A stretch of 64,000 nucleotides of DNA from Vicugna vicugna (Eukaryota). Shown piece after piece: positions 50,820 to 63,212 of the stretch (its first letter is position 1; each line of letters opens with the position of its first letter). The position numbers and the translations under genes are program-made. Location: positions 4,851,779 through 4,915,778 of the forward strand of contig MU058198.1 in NCBI GenBank assembly GCA_013265495.1. Direction: 5' to 3'. The notes under the pieces were generated by a model that saw only the letters and a list, made by a program, of their open reading frames with translations, did no database searches and was not told the origin of the DNA.

Positions 50820-51720
50820 GTTGATTCTTCCATATTCAAAAATTACCTTGGCTAAAGGCCCTCATTATCAATCCATAATAAAGCAAGCTCGTTCTCCAGT
50901 ACCTCGGGCAGCAATGGCACGAGCTGGTGCCATGAACACAGGAGTCCCTGGGTTGACTGAGAGGCCAGGGGCCCCACTGGCTAAGACCATCCAAGTGAAT
51001 ACCGCCGGGGAGGGTGTGGGCTCATTTTGATGTCACTGAAAAGCACACAATGGCGGGGACTTGATACTTCCCTGTAATTTTGCTGACTTTGCCGTTTTAG
51101 CAAAAAATAATTTATTCTAATGTGATTTGCATTGCATAAAATTATAATAAATGTTTCCAATAACAAGGTGCTGTATATTTATGGAATCATTGTGTTTATA
51201 TGAGGAAAAGGTTTAAAATGTATTGGCATGTATTTTCCACAAACACTTAGATGCAAAGCTCTATACTCGGCAGCTCTGACATTAACATACATTATTTGCA
51301 TAAACCATAAACAGTGGGCAATTTCTTTGTCAAACAAAAAGTACTGATTACCTTAGAAAGGATATTAATATCTTTTCTTTATCCATATTTTTAAATTTTG
51401 CTGACTGTATTTTGATGATCATTCATCTTGTCTGGTAGCACAATCTGTAGCAAAAAAACTCTCTCAGTATTTCCCAAAACGAAAAAATAAGATACAGGAA
51501 AGGCAACAGCTTCTGAATGTGAATGGACTGTGATATGATAATTCTGACTGGCGGCAGACAGCTGAAGTTCATAGCTATTAGACCCGGGCAAACGCCAGGT
51601 GGACGTCTGATTGACAGAGGGGTGTCGGCAAGCATATTTTCAAATTAAATTTTGTGTTGATTTTCAGCCCTTCTGAACAGCTTTCCAGTTGGAGTTTTGG
51701 TCCACTGAATCTAGCTAGTT
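50820..51720. promoter_or_regulatory. Candidate developmental enhancer / conserved non-coding block
   Basis: ~0.9 kb repeat-free; octamer ATTTGCAT at 51125 and 51294; SOX-type ACAATGG 51047 and CATTGTG 51188; PBX-MEIS decamer TGATTGACAG 51608-51617. Confidence 0.55.
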
Positions 51721-51999
51721 TCCTTTGGAAAGAAAAAAAAAAAAAGAGATTGTTCAGATTAAGGCTTTGTGCGTTTCCCGTTAATGGCTTGGGATCTCTG
51801 GGACTAATTTCAGCTGAATTGATAGAAACAAAGCTGAGACTGCATCTCCCCAGACTTGGGGTTTCCATGTTATGTGTGAACCAGAGAAATGACTGATGCC
51901 GATTGTGAAAAAGGGAGGAACGCTGATCTTGGAGTGAGCCGGATTAGGACTGCACTGACTGGTGCTGGGACTGGAATCAGGTTTTTTAATTGCGCTAAA

Positions 52000-52128
52000 C
52001 CGCGACTCATCATACCAGGAGCTGTAGGGAGGATTAAATGAACTGAGCCATACAAAGAGCCTAGAACACTGCCTGCCACACAGGAAGCACTTGATAACTT
52101 TAGCTGATATTATTATTATTATTATTAA
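52000..52128 (+). mobile_element. MIR 3' half
   Basis: GAGGATTAAATGA...CCTAGAACACTGCCTGCCACACAGGAAGCACTTGATAA plus (ATT)n tail. Confidence 0.75.
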
Positions 52129-52749
52129 TTTTTTCTGTAACTTATATGAATTGCAGATAATGCTCAGTGCATGTAGGTTTCTACCTCTCCCCTGAGAACA
52201 GACCTCCCCAAGCGCTCATGTAATATGAACCCTGCAGGGCAGATTCAGCCAGCATAAGCTCCATCTTGGTTACATACAGAGGACTGTTGGACAAAAAGGT
52301 GGAATGTGAGGTCTAGGGCAATTAAACAGTAGCGTCACCAAGTAGAGTGATGGGCACGTTGGTTTTTAGTATATTACTCGTCATATTTGTTTGAATATCT
52401 AAAATATATCCTCATCAACTAATTTTAAAAAAAGCGGCTTTCCTGAAAGACGTCTCTTTGTCCCCAGGACAGTTTCCCTTTTCCCACCTTTGTTGGAACA
52501 TGAAAACTTCCAACCACTTGTTAAACATCCTTTACCAAAGGAATCGCTGGACAAGCACATCCTTGTTAACGTGAGCCGGTCCAGTTCTGTGCTGGAGCCA
52601 GAGGGCAGCTCCTCTGGTTTTTCTGATTTCGTATTTGTAGACTCTTTATATATTTCAAAAGGTTGTCTCACACATTTCATCCTGAAAATAACTGCAAAAA
52701 TAACTCAGCGTGGGTATTGTTATTCCTCACTTGACAGATGATGAAAAAA

Positions 52750-52960
52750 AGTATCTACCATTTATTGAGCACTGTTTATTACCATCTAAAGAGAGAAGTG
52801 CTTTATACACGTTCTCTCATGAAATCATTATGGTGAGCCCATTTGAGAGATGGAGAAACTGAGGTGTAGTGAGGTTCAAGGAACTTGCTCAAGTCCAGTA
52901 CGAGCAGAGTCAGAAGCCAAAATCAGATCTGCCTGAAGTTCAAAATTTTGCTTGAATGAC
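52750..52960 (-). mobile_element. MIR SINE
   Basis: ACCATTTATTGAGCACT...CCCATTTGAGAGATGGAGAAACTGAGGTGTAGTGAGGTT. Confidence 0.75.
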
Positions 52961-53489
52961 CATTCTTGGCTCTCTTTAAAGAGCAGTGTGGTTCCCTAAC
53001 TTGCCTAAGTAAGGCTGATTGGATTTGGAAACAGGATCTCCATATTGTCTCTGTTTTTCTTTTAACATTCTGTAGAGGTTGGGTTTCTTGATCGCAAGTA
53101 ACATAAATTGATGCTGGCTCATGTAAACAGACAAGAACTTAGTGGGAGACTATCAAGAGGAATAGAAAAGAAGACTGGAAGAAATGGAAATTGTTGGAAG
53201 GATGTTCTGGAGGGCTGGGCAGCAAAACCACGCCTACCCCATGTCTAGACCGGGAAGAGGGAAGAGCTAGTCTCTCTTCCTTCTCTTCTGGGAGAGAGTC
53301 ATCCTGAATTACTTTCCTCCGAAGCCTACAACATGGGAGAGAATAAACTTTCTCCCTCTTACCTCCCCCGCCCATCACGATGTTATTAAGAAGAGGTAAA
53401 CGGATGCTGCAAATGCAGTCAGGGTGGCAGATACATAGACAGAAAGTTCATATCCTTAAGCAGGCAGTCACATTAAACTAGGAAAGAAA

Positions 53490-53920
53490 AAAATACATCT
53501 TTGTTGACTGGCGTCCCCCGATGGGTAATTAAAATGATGCCACTGTTGCTTTTACTACATTCAAAAGTGTTTTAATTTGTATTTAGCCAGAGGCTTTGCG
53601 GCAACAGGAACATTTTTACAAATCTAACAAATAATTATAAATAGATAAAGCCTCCACTTCTACTGTTCTGGGGGAACGTTTCCTTCAGGTAACACATTTA
53701 TAAATCCACCTGTTTGACAATATGGAGCTAAAATAACAGTGGAGCTTGAACTGGTTGCTTAAGTGACAGGTGAAATGGTGTATTTGTCAGCATAGAAATG
53801 AAAAACAGTATCACGCAGGGAGGTAATCTAGTCCCAAAGGCACCGTGGACTATAAATGCTAAATTACAATCGACCTACAATGTAACCTTGCATAATTCTT
53901 GAATATAAGATATGAGGACC
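53490..53920. promoter_or_regulatory. Candidate conserved non-coding element
   Basis: Repeat-free AT-rich block; TAATTA 53526-53531, MEIS/E-box overlap TGACAGGTG 53764-53772, further TGACA/TGTCA cores. Confidence 0.35.
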
Positions 53921-54600
53921 AGAAAACCCAAGGTAGCAAGAATTCAGACTAAAGGAAGCCTGCACGATTTATATAGTTAAGGTGACTTCGAGACTCTTGG
54001 TGTGGTCTGAGTGCTCCCCCCAAATGTGCTTGACAGCTGTTCTTTAGTAACTCTGGGTATAATAATAAGAAGAAGGAAAATTTGAGGAGGAGTTGCTATG
54101 TGGTTATGTGCTCACGCCCCCTCTTGGGGACCTCGGATCTTCTCAGGTCAATATGGGCTGATGCCAATCACGATTGGTTTTCCAATCTTCGGTTCATGGG
54201 TAATTTCAAATAAGGCTTCAGAGATACCAGATTTCCTTCCTGAGTACAAGAGCTGACCTTATGTTGCAACGAAGGCGAACAGATCTTTACACTGCAAAAT
54301 ACTGTTGAGTCCAAAAACTCATTGGATGTCATCCAACTCATTCGTGTTCAAGTGAGACACATATGAACCCCGAATGTGAAATATACCCATACCCTGCTTT
54401 CCTTTCATTTTGAATGACTAAGGCCCCAGGTAGACAAAGTGGGGTTTCGTATGGCCTCAGGAGGAAGGAGTTTTTCAATAAGGAATGTGTGAAAAAGAAT
54501 TATGAGACCCAGCTGCCATTTTCCAGGAACTCTTAAGAAGTGACATAATCTTGTTTTTAAAAAGTCTGGGGGAGAGCAGAGGAAGGGAGAGCCTATCTCT

Positions 54601-55253
54601 TGTAAAATATGCTGAAGTTATAAAAAACAAATTTCGCTGGAATAGGGGAGGGCTCAGCGCCTACCTCCACCCATATTCCAGCCAGGACAGCCCATTGCGT
54701 TGAGACAGGAAGGAAAGGGGCAGGGCACAACCATTGAAAATGACACAGCAGAATCACGGCGGAAGGTTCAACACCCAGTAGACCTGAGGCCCAGGATGGC
54801 GGGAGAACTGATTTCCAGTAGACCTTGAGCTTTAGTATACGCTTACTGGAATATATTAGCATCGGTAAATGTCACTCCCACAGCTGCCATGACAGTTCCC
54901 AGGCTGACCATAAAAGGTCAAAAAGTGGGCAGTGGCCCAGTTCCTGGGAATCCCAGCCCCTTCTCCAAAATAGTTGGAATAATCTTCCCACTTGTTAGCA
55001 TATGAAGTTACTGAGCCCATAGAAACTAACCGCCCCCACATCTTGTGCCCACTCCCCCTTCTGAGTGAGACGGACCGTACTCTGTCTATGGAGTGTGTAT
55101 CTTTGAATAAATCTACGTTTATTCAGCTGTAGCTCGCTCTTGAATTCTTTCCTATGTGAAGCCAAGGACGCACACTTGGAGGGGCATGTCCCACAGATTC
55201 AACGAAGACCTGGGACACGGCCATCCTCTCATGCCACACATTTTTCTGCATCA
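54601..55253 (+). mobile_element. ERV1 solo LTR, MER41-like
   Basis: TG..CA ends; GCCATGACAGTTCCCAGGCTGACCATAAAAGGTCAAAAAGTGGGCAGTGGCCC resembles recalled MER41-type consensus; GGAGTGTGTATCTTTGAATAAA...CTTGAATTCTTTCCT..GTGAAGCCAAG R/U5 pattern. Confidence 0.8.
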
Positions 55254-55397
55254 GCATGGTATATGTAAGGGTTGGATTCCTTCTATGTAAGAGAATCATT
55301 GAAGAAATAATATGTGTAAATCATAGTTTCTATGCAGTAATGGATCTCGCTCTTTAAGAAGTCCTGTTGTGGGTTAAATAATTCTTTTAGAACTTAA

Positions 55398-55710
55398 GGG
55401 GGTGGGAAGGGATAAATTCGGTAGTTTGAAATTTGCAAATGATAGCTGCTACGTATAAAAATAGATAAAAAACATATTTGTTCTGTATAACAAAGGAAAC
55501 TATTCAATATCTGTAATAACCTTTAATGAAAAAGAATATGAAAATGAATATATGTATATATATGTGTGTGTATATATATGTGTATGTGTATATATATACA
55601 TATATATAGACATAGATATAGATATATAGAATATATATGACTGGGGCATTATGCTGTATACCAGAAATTGACACATTGTAACTGACTATACTTCAATTTT
55701 TTTTAAAAAA
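55398..55710 (+). mobile_element. L1 3' UTR fragment with perfect TSD and expanded (TA/TG)n tract
   Basis: TSD AGAACTTAA at 55389-55397 and 55711-55719, preceded by TTTT (L1 endonuclease-type site). Confidence 0.92.
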
Positions 55711-58700
55711 AGAACTTAATCACTTTTATTGACGAGAGGCAGTGTACCATTGTGGCGAAGAGCAAGGCGGCCTGGTTAGAATGCCAACTTCCTAGCTGGC
55801 ATAAACGTACTTTGGTTTAGATGCTCCATGGGAATGCTAAGAGGGGAATACATTTAAATAGTGTATTGTAAGTATTCAGTGGCTATCACCTACTAGTATT
55901 GTTACTTAACGACCTCAAGTTTGCTGAAAGCTGTCTCAGCTTCAGGGGAGGTGTGCCGCAGGCTTCGTATCTTATGCAGGCTTCCCTGAAGTACTCATCT
56001 GATTGATTCATTCTCTTTGTCGCTCTTTTCTTTTCGTTCAACGTTTACTGTTACCTGCCATTTGTCAGACACACGGAGCTGGTTGGAACAAAGGGAAAAG
56101 ATAATAGTTTCAGCTCTTGGGAACTCACTGTCTAATGGCAGGAAACCAATGAGTGTATAATTGCGCTGCATATTTGCAGTTCGTTCTTCCACCGCTCCGT
56201 TTTCTGGTAAGATCTCCTCAGTGTGCCATTCACTCTAGAATCTTTGGATAATCGTCCAGGGTTCTCAGTTGGTTCTTGAAGAGCTGTGGTGCCCTGTTTG
56301 CTCATGCACCTTGTTGAGAACACCCGTACCTTCTATGTCTTTTCGTAGACCCTCCCGTCCCTGAGCACTATACTGGGTTTGCGTCTATTCCAGCTGGAAT
56401 AGATCCAGCCCACTGAGATGGTTCTTCATCATAAATCATTGGATAGCTTCAAAATAAGGCCAATGCTCAGCCACGAAAATAAGCCCTTTCAAGGGTCACT
56501 TTTCCCCCCACTAATCCCAATGAGAAATTAAGGATCCCTTGACGGATGGGGAGGTACCACCGGAGAATTACCTCTTGTGATTTGCCTTCCCTGCCACTAG
56601 GTGTCACTGCTCCACATAAATAAAATGGAACCAAATTGGCCTTGGCACTGTGAGAAATGGCCTTTGGTTAAGGGAATCTGGCAGGTTTAGGTAGTCCCTC
56701 ATTTTGAAGTGGCCAAGTAACCTAAAGACTGGCCATGAGAGACAGGAACCAACCTTGCATAAAAAGCCTTCGAAAATTAAAGTATTTGACAGATGTAAAT
56801 CCAGTACCCTGTGCAATCTCCTCTTTGGTATTGAGCCTTTTAAAACAGATCTCCAAAGATGAACTTCTTGGACCAAAGAGAACGTCTTTATGGAATGTGT
56901 TATTTATGTATCTGTTTGGGAAGAAATAATCTGGTTACATTGGGACATCATACAGAAAATAAAGGAAATCTCACCAAAGAAGGCTGCCTGCTTTTCTGCC
57001 AGTGGCCTTCTTTTCTTGAGAGACAATGGGATAAAATATGACATTCCCTACATTCCCTGCTTGATCCTCCCTTCTCCCAGTTTTAAAGTATTTTTCCAGA
57101 ATTTTCTACATTAGGACAATTAGTTGTCGTTCCTCAGCGGTTATGAGAGATTATCAGCAAAATCAAAGCACCTTCCATTCATTTCCCACCCACCTTCCCC
57201 CACATACGCAGAGTTATGACTGATTCAGCGATCTCTGACACATAAGATCCCTCCTTGAGTTATTTGCATGATTTTTTTTTCTTTCTTCTGGAAGGAGGGT
57301 GTTGTGCTATACATTCTAGTGTTGATTAAAATACAGGGTCCTTGAAGAACAGTTGTAGTGGTCAGTGACCATCGCTCTATTTTTATGTTTTTGATAAGTG
57401 GGCAGAGTGAGGACCTAGAGTGTCAGCCAGAAGAGGTGATAGGTAGAGCTTTCTACACTTGTCCCCTGATTTTATGGCTAAAGTGATGATCGCCAAAGCC
57501 AAACAACACTTTGAGCTTTAGGTGCCACTGGGATCATGGACTGAATTTTAGGGCGGGTCTAGTCTGTGGTGAGAAAAGGTAAATACTACCAATTAAAAAG
57601 GGGAAAGCAGAGGCAGAGAAGAAGCTAAATATGGAACATTTCATTACGAAATACTTGTCTTATAAGACAGTGGCTTGGTCCAGAATGAAATGGTTGAGTT
57701 CGGCCACCTCTGGCGTGTTGATCAGCAGAAACCAGGGTGTCCTTTCTGGTTGATCTCTGATGACAGCATAAGGTGTCTCGATCATGTGCACATCCTTTTA
57801 TCCTGATAACTGATTGGAACATGAGGGGGTGTGATGGAGACAGTGCAGACAAGACTCCTGTCCACAATCCCTTAACTGTCCAAAAAAGGGTTTCTGGGAA
57901 GCCCTATGTTGCAAATACTGGACAGAAAGCTTTGGTTACTGCAATGGGAATTTGAGATTGGTTTAGGATGCCTTTCGCCATTTTGACAAGCCATCTCCCA
58001 CGACCCAGAAGTTTCCCTGCATAATATGGCTCTGTGAAGTCAGCATGGTAGTGTGACTACTCCACTAGAGAGTGTTTTGATAGGTTATGTTAAATAATTC
58101 TCCTATTTGATTTTACTCCCCATATCAAGTAAACGGTTGGTCATCATGTAACTTCGAACCTAGCCAGTGCCTTCATGTAAATAGTTCTCAGATGCTATCA
58201 CATTGTAATGATAAAGATAATGTCATGTCAGCTTCCTGGAGTAGAAAAGTGATTTTTTTTTCCATAAAGGGCATTTTTAAATGGGTCATTAACTCATTTT
58301 ATGGGTACCTTAATGCCTTGAGCACTGTAAGGAAATTATGTATCAACCTACTGGGGCCAAAATTGATTCAGAAAAGGATTTCATCACCTACGGAATATAC
58401 TCTTACGAGCTGTTATACATCCTAACATCCTGGATCGAATAAACAATGCAGAGTTTTTATTGTTGTGGGCAGCACCCATGTAAATATCGTACGAGAGTGA
58501 ACTTGTGGTGCTTGGCCCAACCCACAGAAGGCTTTCGTCCTAGACAGGAAAGAGTCTCCTGGTTTGCCAGATGAAATCCAGTATTTAATTCTTCTAACAT
58601 TTAATTCCTTCGCATGTAATTCAAACCGAGGATCAGTCCCATGTAGCATCTTGTATCGTTAGATTAGCTTTTACGAGTGGGTCTAAATTGTCCTCTGGTC

Positions 58701-59714
58701 TGCGAGTTCCGAATGAAGGGGGTGTAATACAGATTAGGACCTACATCAGTGGGTGATGCGCAGAATAGTCGTTTAATATGTTTTTCCCATTCTTAGAGCT
58801 GAAAGTGTAGTCTTAAACCCAGAGCTGTAATGAAGAGGGTAGGATTACCCATCGATAAGAGTTCTAAACACATTCTGATGGAGGCTTGTAATCAGTACAA
58901 ATTGTAACGGCCGCAGAAGGAGTACTCAGTACCATCTGGCGCTTTGGGGCTGAGCCCAGCCCCACTGCTATAAGAAACCATATTTGCGATGTGTTGGCAC
59001 CAATACGGAAGTCAATGGCTCCTTGACATTTTGGTCTCTTCATCATATGGGCAAGGCCAGCTGCAGAACATGCCCTTTTCCAGTGGGCAGGGAAGTGGCT
59101 CAGATGAGGTGGCTTTTTGTTGAAGAAAAGGTCAGCTCAAGGAGTCTTGAAGCTTTGGCTTAAGTTTGAGAATGACATATGGCACTGTGATCCACTTCTT
59201 TGAGGTTGAGTGAAATACTTTCAGGACCGATGTAGAAATCTTAACAGTTTCCCACCAAAAGATCTGAGTTGATGTTAAAGTAAATTTGGATAATTGATAA
59301 CACTGAAACAATGTGGGCTTTTTCTCATCTGCTTTTCAGACACTTAAAATGGCTTAATATCTGTGTCTATTGTACAGTACTGTGATTTTTCTCTTTTCTT
59401 TCTTGCCCGTGGGCTGGAATGTTTTTGAAGGCAGACACTCTGTCTTTTTTCATCTTTTGATTCTCAGAATCTAGGACCTGGATGGGTGCATTTTAGATAC
59501 TCTGTAAATTAATTGAATTAGTCCTGAAAATTGAATTAGTTTGTGCTTTATCCATCCCATTATTAGGAAGTCACTGAAATGTGGTTCCACCACCAGAATC
59601 CTAGAAATCAGAATCTTCAGGGACCAACAAATATTTTGAACTCAAGGGGCTTGGTGTCTTTTTGCAGTAGGTGCCTGAAGGTGTTCTGTCCGTATTTCCT
59701 GAGAGAATAAGTGA

Positions 59715-59925
59715 TTGTGAATATGCTGGCTTCACTGTCTGCTAGCTGTGCCATCTGGAATAAGTTATTCTGACCCTCTAAAGCCTTCGTTTCTTCATCT
59801 AGAAAATGGCGCTAGTTACAGTGTCTACCTATGAGGTAGTGGATTTCATGAAATTAACCATATAGAGAGATGAGAAAGACAGATGATGGCTGTAAGCAAT
59901 TTATAAGTCTTGGCAAGACGTGTGG
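59715..59925 (+). mobile_element. MIR SINE
   Basis: GCTAGCTGTGCCATCTGGAATAAGTTATTCTGACCCTCTAAAGCCTTCGTTTCTTCATCTAGAAAATGG. Confidence 0.75.
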
Positions 59926-59994
59926 ACACCTCCCTGCACTTTTCACAGCCTGACTTTCATTCATTCCTCCTACAGGACCCATGTCTTCTTGAAA

Positions 59995-60495
59995 GTGAAT
60001 GATTATCGGTACATACGAACTACCCCCAAAGTTAGTGGATTCCAACAACAGTTTATTATAATTTCTCACAGTCAGTGGATTAATTTGGCTTAGTGGGGGC
60101 AGTTCTCATTTTGGTCTCTAAAGCAGTTTCTGTAAAATAGTGGCTTCTGAAGGCTTGTCTGGGGTCACTTACTCTGCAGGTGTTTGACGCTGGCTGTTGG
60201 CTGCGAGCTGTCTGCCAGAGCCCCTCTACGTGGGCTCTCCGTAAGGCTGAGGATTTTTACGGTGGTCTCAAGGAAGTTGCCCTTTTCCAGGACAGCTAAT
60301 TTCCAACAGGGAGGCGTCCTAAGAGCGAATGTGCCAATAGACTCGGCGGAAACTGCAAGATTTCCATGACCTAGCCTTAGACCTGTGTCACTTCCTCTGG
60401 ATTCTGTTGGTCAAATCCCAGGGCCAGCCCAGGTTTGAGGGGAGAAACTCTCACAGGGCGTGGATACTGGGAAGCACGGTTTACTGGGGAAGGAA
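59995..60495 (-). mobile_element. MLT1F/H-like LTR
   Basis: AACTACCCCCAAAGTTAGTGG...TTTATTATAATTTCTCACAG...TGACGCTGGCTGTTGGCTG...TGTCACTTCCTCTGGATTCTGTTGGTCAA. Confidence 0.75.
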
Positions 60496-61564
60496 GGATA
60501 AAAGGTTATGTTTCCAAGATGAGCTACCAAAGTGAGCTCAGCTCCTCTGACAGAGGGCCTGGAAATAAACACGGTGGGGGAACCTGTCCAATGATCATCT
60601 ACCTTTAACAACTGTAATCAACCTCAATCTGTCAATCATGGCTATTAATGAGTCCTGTTACGTATATGGCAGCAGCCTGTGGCATCGTAGGCTGGATTCT
60701 CTGATTATCATGCAAGTCTTGGACGGCATGATCATTTGAAGAATCAAAATTGCTTGATGCAAGGTGATCTGCTGACTCTGCTTGACCTTCACTCTAATGG
60801 GTTCTGAATGGCTTCTCCTCTCACACCGGCCCCGCCTCTTGGAGTTTGTATCTTGGGACTTGAAACAGACAGTATTTTAAGCTTGATGTTGTTATCCCTG
60901 AGCTCCTCTGCCGATGAGTTAAAGTAGTAATTCCCAACGGCTGAACAGACCTCGTCCCCACCCCGGGCCATCATTATTCTCCCTGAATGTATTCTTTTTT
61001 TAACACCTTGGTGTCCATCCTCCAAAACCACTTTCTGTTCTTTTGCAAAGACACACGTATAGTTTTGTTGCTTATTAAATAAAGTTGGGCTCGCTCCTTC
61101 ATTCAACTCGGCATTCACGTTTATTGGTTCAGAAATTATGTATTGAGTGCCAGTAGCTCTGAAATTTTATTTCACTTTTAAGCCACATACCTTGGCCATT
61201 CTTCTCTGTCAGTACATTTAGTTTCCCTCCGCTTTTTAGCTGCAGAATGAGCTTGCTCATTTAGCCCTTCCTTGAATGATGCTCATGTCATAGTTCCACT
61301 TTTTTGACACTACAAACAACCCAACAGGGAATCCTCCCTGAACATGTATCTTTGACCAAACACACAAGATTGTTTTTTCCTGTAAGATGGAGTCTAAGAA
61401 GTGGAAATGCTGGGTCAAAGGAAAAACTCATTTAAAATTTTGATTAAGTGAGGCTGAAAAATTGGCTTTCAGAATTGGCTGTGCCAAGGAATAGCACATG
61501 ATAATGACAGTGATTCCCTGGGCTGTGGCAACACTGGATATTGTATTTCTGTCTGTCTGTCTCA

Positions 61565-62281
61565 TTTTTTAATTGACGTATAGTCAGTTTACAGTGTCAT
61601 GTTAATTTCTGGTGCACAGCATTATGTTTGTCATCCACATACCTATATATGTTCCTTTTCATATTCTTTTTCATTTCGGTTACTACAAGATACTGAATAT
61701 AGTTCCCTGTGCTCTACAGTAGAAACTTGTTTATTTTATATATAGTAGTTGGTATCTGCAAATCTTGAGCTCGCAATTTATCCCTCCCCACACCCTTTCC
61801 CCCTGGTAACCATAAGTTTATTTTCTATGTCTATGAGTGTGTTTCTGTTTTGTAAAGGAATTCATTTGTGTCTTTTTTTTTTAATATTCCATATAGGAGT
61901 GATATCATATGGTATTTTTCTTTCTCTTTCTGGCTTACTTCACTTAGAATGATGATTGCCAGGTCCACCCATGTTGCTGCAAATAGCATAATTTTATTGT
62001 TTTTTATGGCTGAGTAGTATTCCATTGTATACATATACCATAACTTGTTTATCCATTCATCTGTCAGTGGGCATTTAGGTTGCTTCCATGTCTTGGCTAT
62101 TGTAAATAGTTCTGCTGTGAACATAGGGGTGCATGTATCTTTTTGAATGAGAGTTCCCTCTGGCTATATGCCCAAGAGTGGGATTGCTGGATCATAGGGT
62201 AAGTCTGTTTTCAGTTTTTTAAGGAATTTCCATACTATTTTCCATAGTGGCTGTAACAAAATACATTCCCACCAACAGTGT
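61565..62281 (-). mobile_element. L1 3' end inserted in an older L1M remnant (~61270-62470)
   Basis: ORFs 61831..62124 (AKTWKQPKCPLTDEWINKLWYMYTMEYYSAIK) and 62164..62385 ([12 protein letters not shown]) are L1 ORF2 C-terminal sequence. Confidence 0.92.
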
Positions 62282-63212
62282 TGTCTCTCTCTTTTTATTT
62301 TTTTTTCAACCTGAAGGCCGAAAAATGCCATCTCATTGTTTAATTCGTCCTTTCTTACAAGGTTATTCTTATAACTTGAATGCACGTCGGCTTCTTTGTT
62401 TCTCTTTTCCTCTAAATTACTAGTTCTGACCTTGGCCTGTTTTCCTGTTGGATTGTTTATCTTGGTGATTCCTGTTACGCTTCTTTTGTATTACTAATAG
62501 TATTTGGAAGTGTCCCCTGCAAGGAAAAGGGAACCGGATTAACAGGGACTTTAACAAATAAGGGTTTATTTTTCTTATGTAACAAGAAGCCTGGAGGTAC
62601 GAGGCTGCTGGCATTTGCTCTGTGGCTCACTCTTGTCAGCTCCGGGGTCTCTGTAAGCCTTTTGCCTTTTCCCTTTGAACACAAAATAGTGCCAATGGCA
62701 TCTGTCCTTTTTATCAGAAAGCTACAGCTTTCCCAGAATCTGCAAGGAAGTTTATAATGGCTGGAATGGAGACAGGAACAGTCAAAAGACATTGATAAGG
62801 AGTTCTGGGTTAACTAACCAATAGTTCCTCCCACTTTGGTATTAACACCTCCTGTTACTTGCCATTTAAGTAACATTTGGCCATTTGTCATCAGTATCTT
62901 AATGAAATTTGTAGTATCTTTCAGCTCACAGGAATTTACATTTTAGAAGGCAGTAAATTCTGTTAATACATTCATTTGTGATTTTAGTTTTCATTACTTC
63001 CATTATGAATTTTTTCCTATTTTTCTAATATAGCCATATTTCCAATTTTTGTTTCTTTTAAAAATCAATCTGGGATTTGATTTTATTTATGTGGGAAAAT
63101 ACTTCTTCTCCCTCCCCACAATGAAAATCAGTAGTTTTTATTTTTCCAAAACAAGTAGGAAATTTATTTTTCTTCTGTAAAAAAATTATAGTTTAGTTTA
63201 TAGTTAAGGGAG

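Noticed and set aside
347..62792. ORF track entries as host protein-coding genes
   Set aside because: Short, overlapping, mostly inside repeats; the only recognisable peptides are L1 ORF2 fragments
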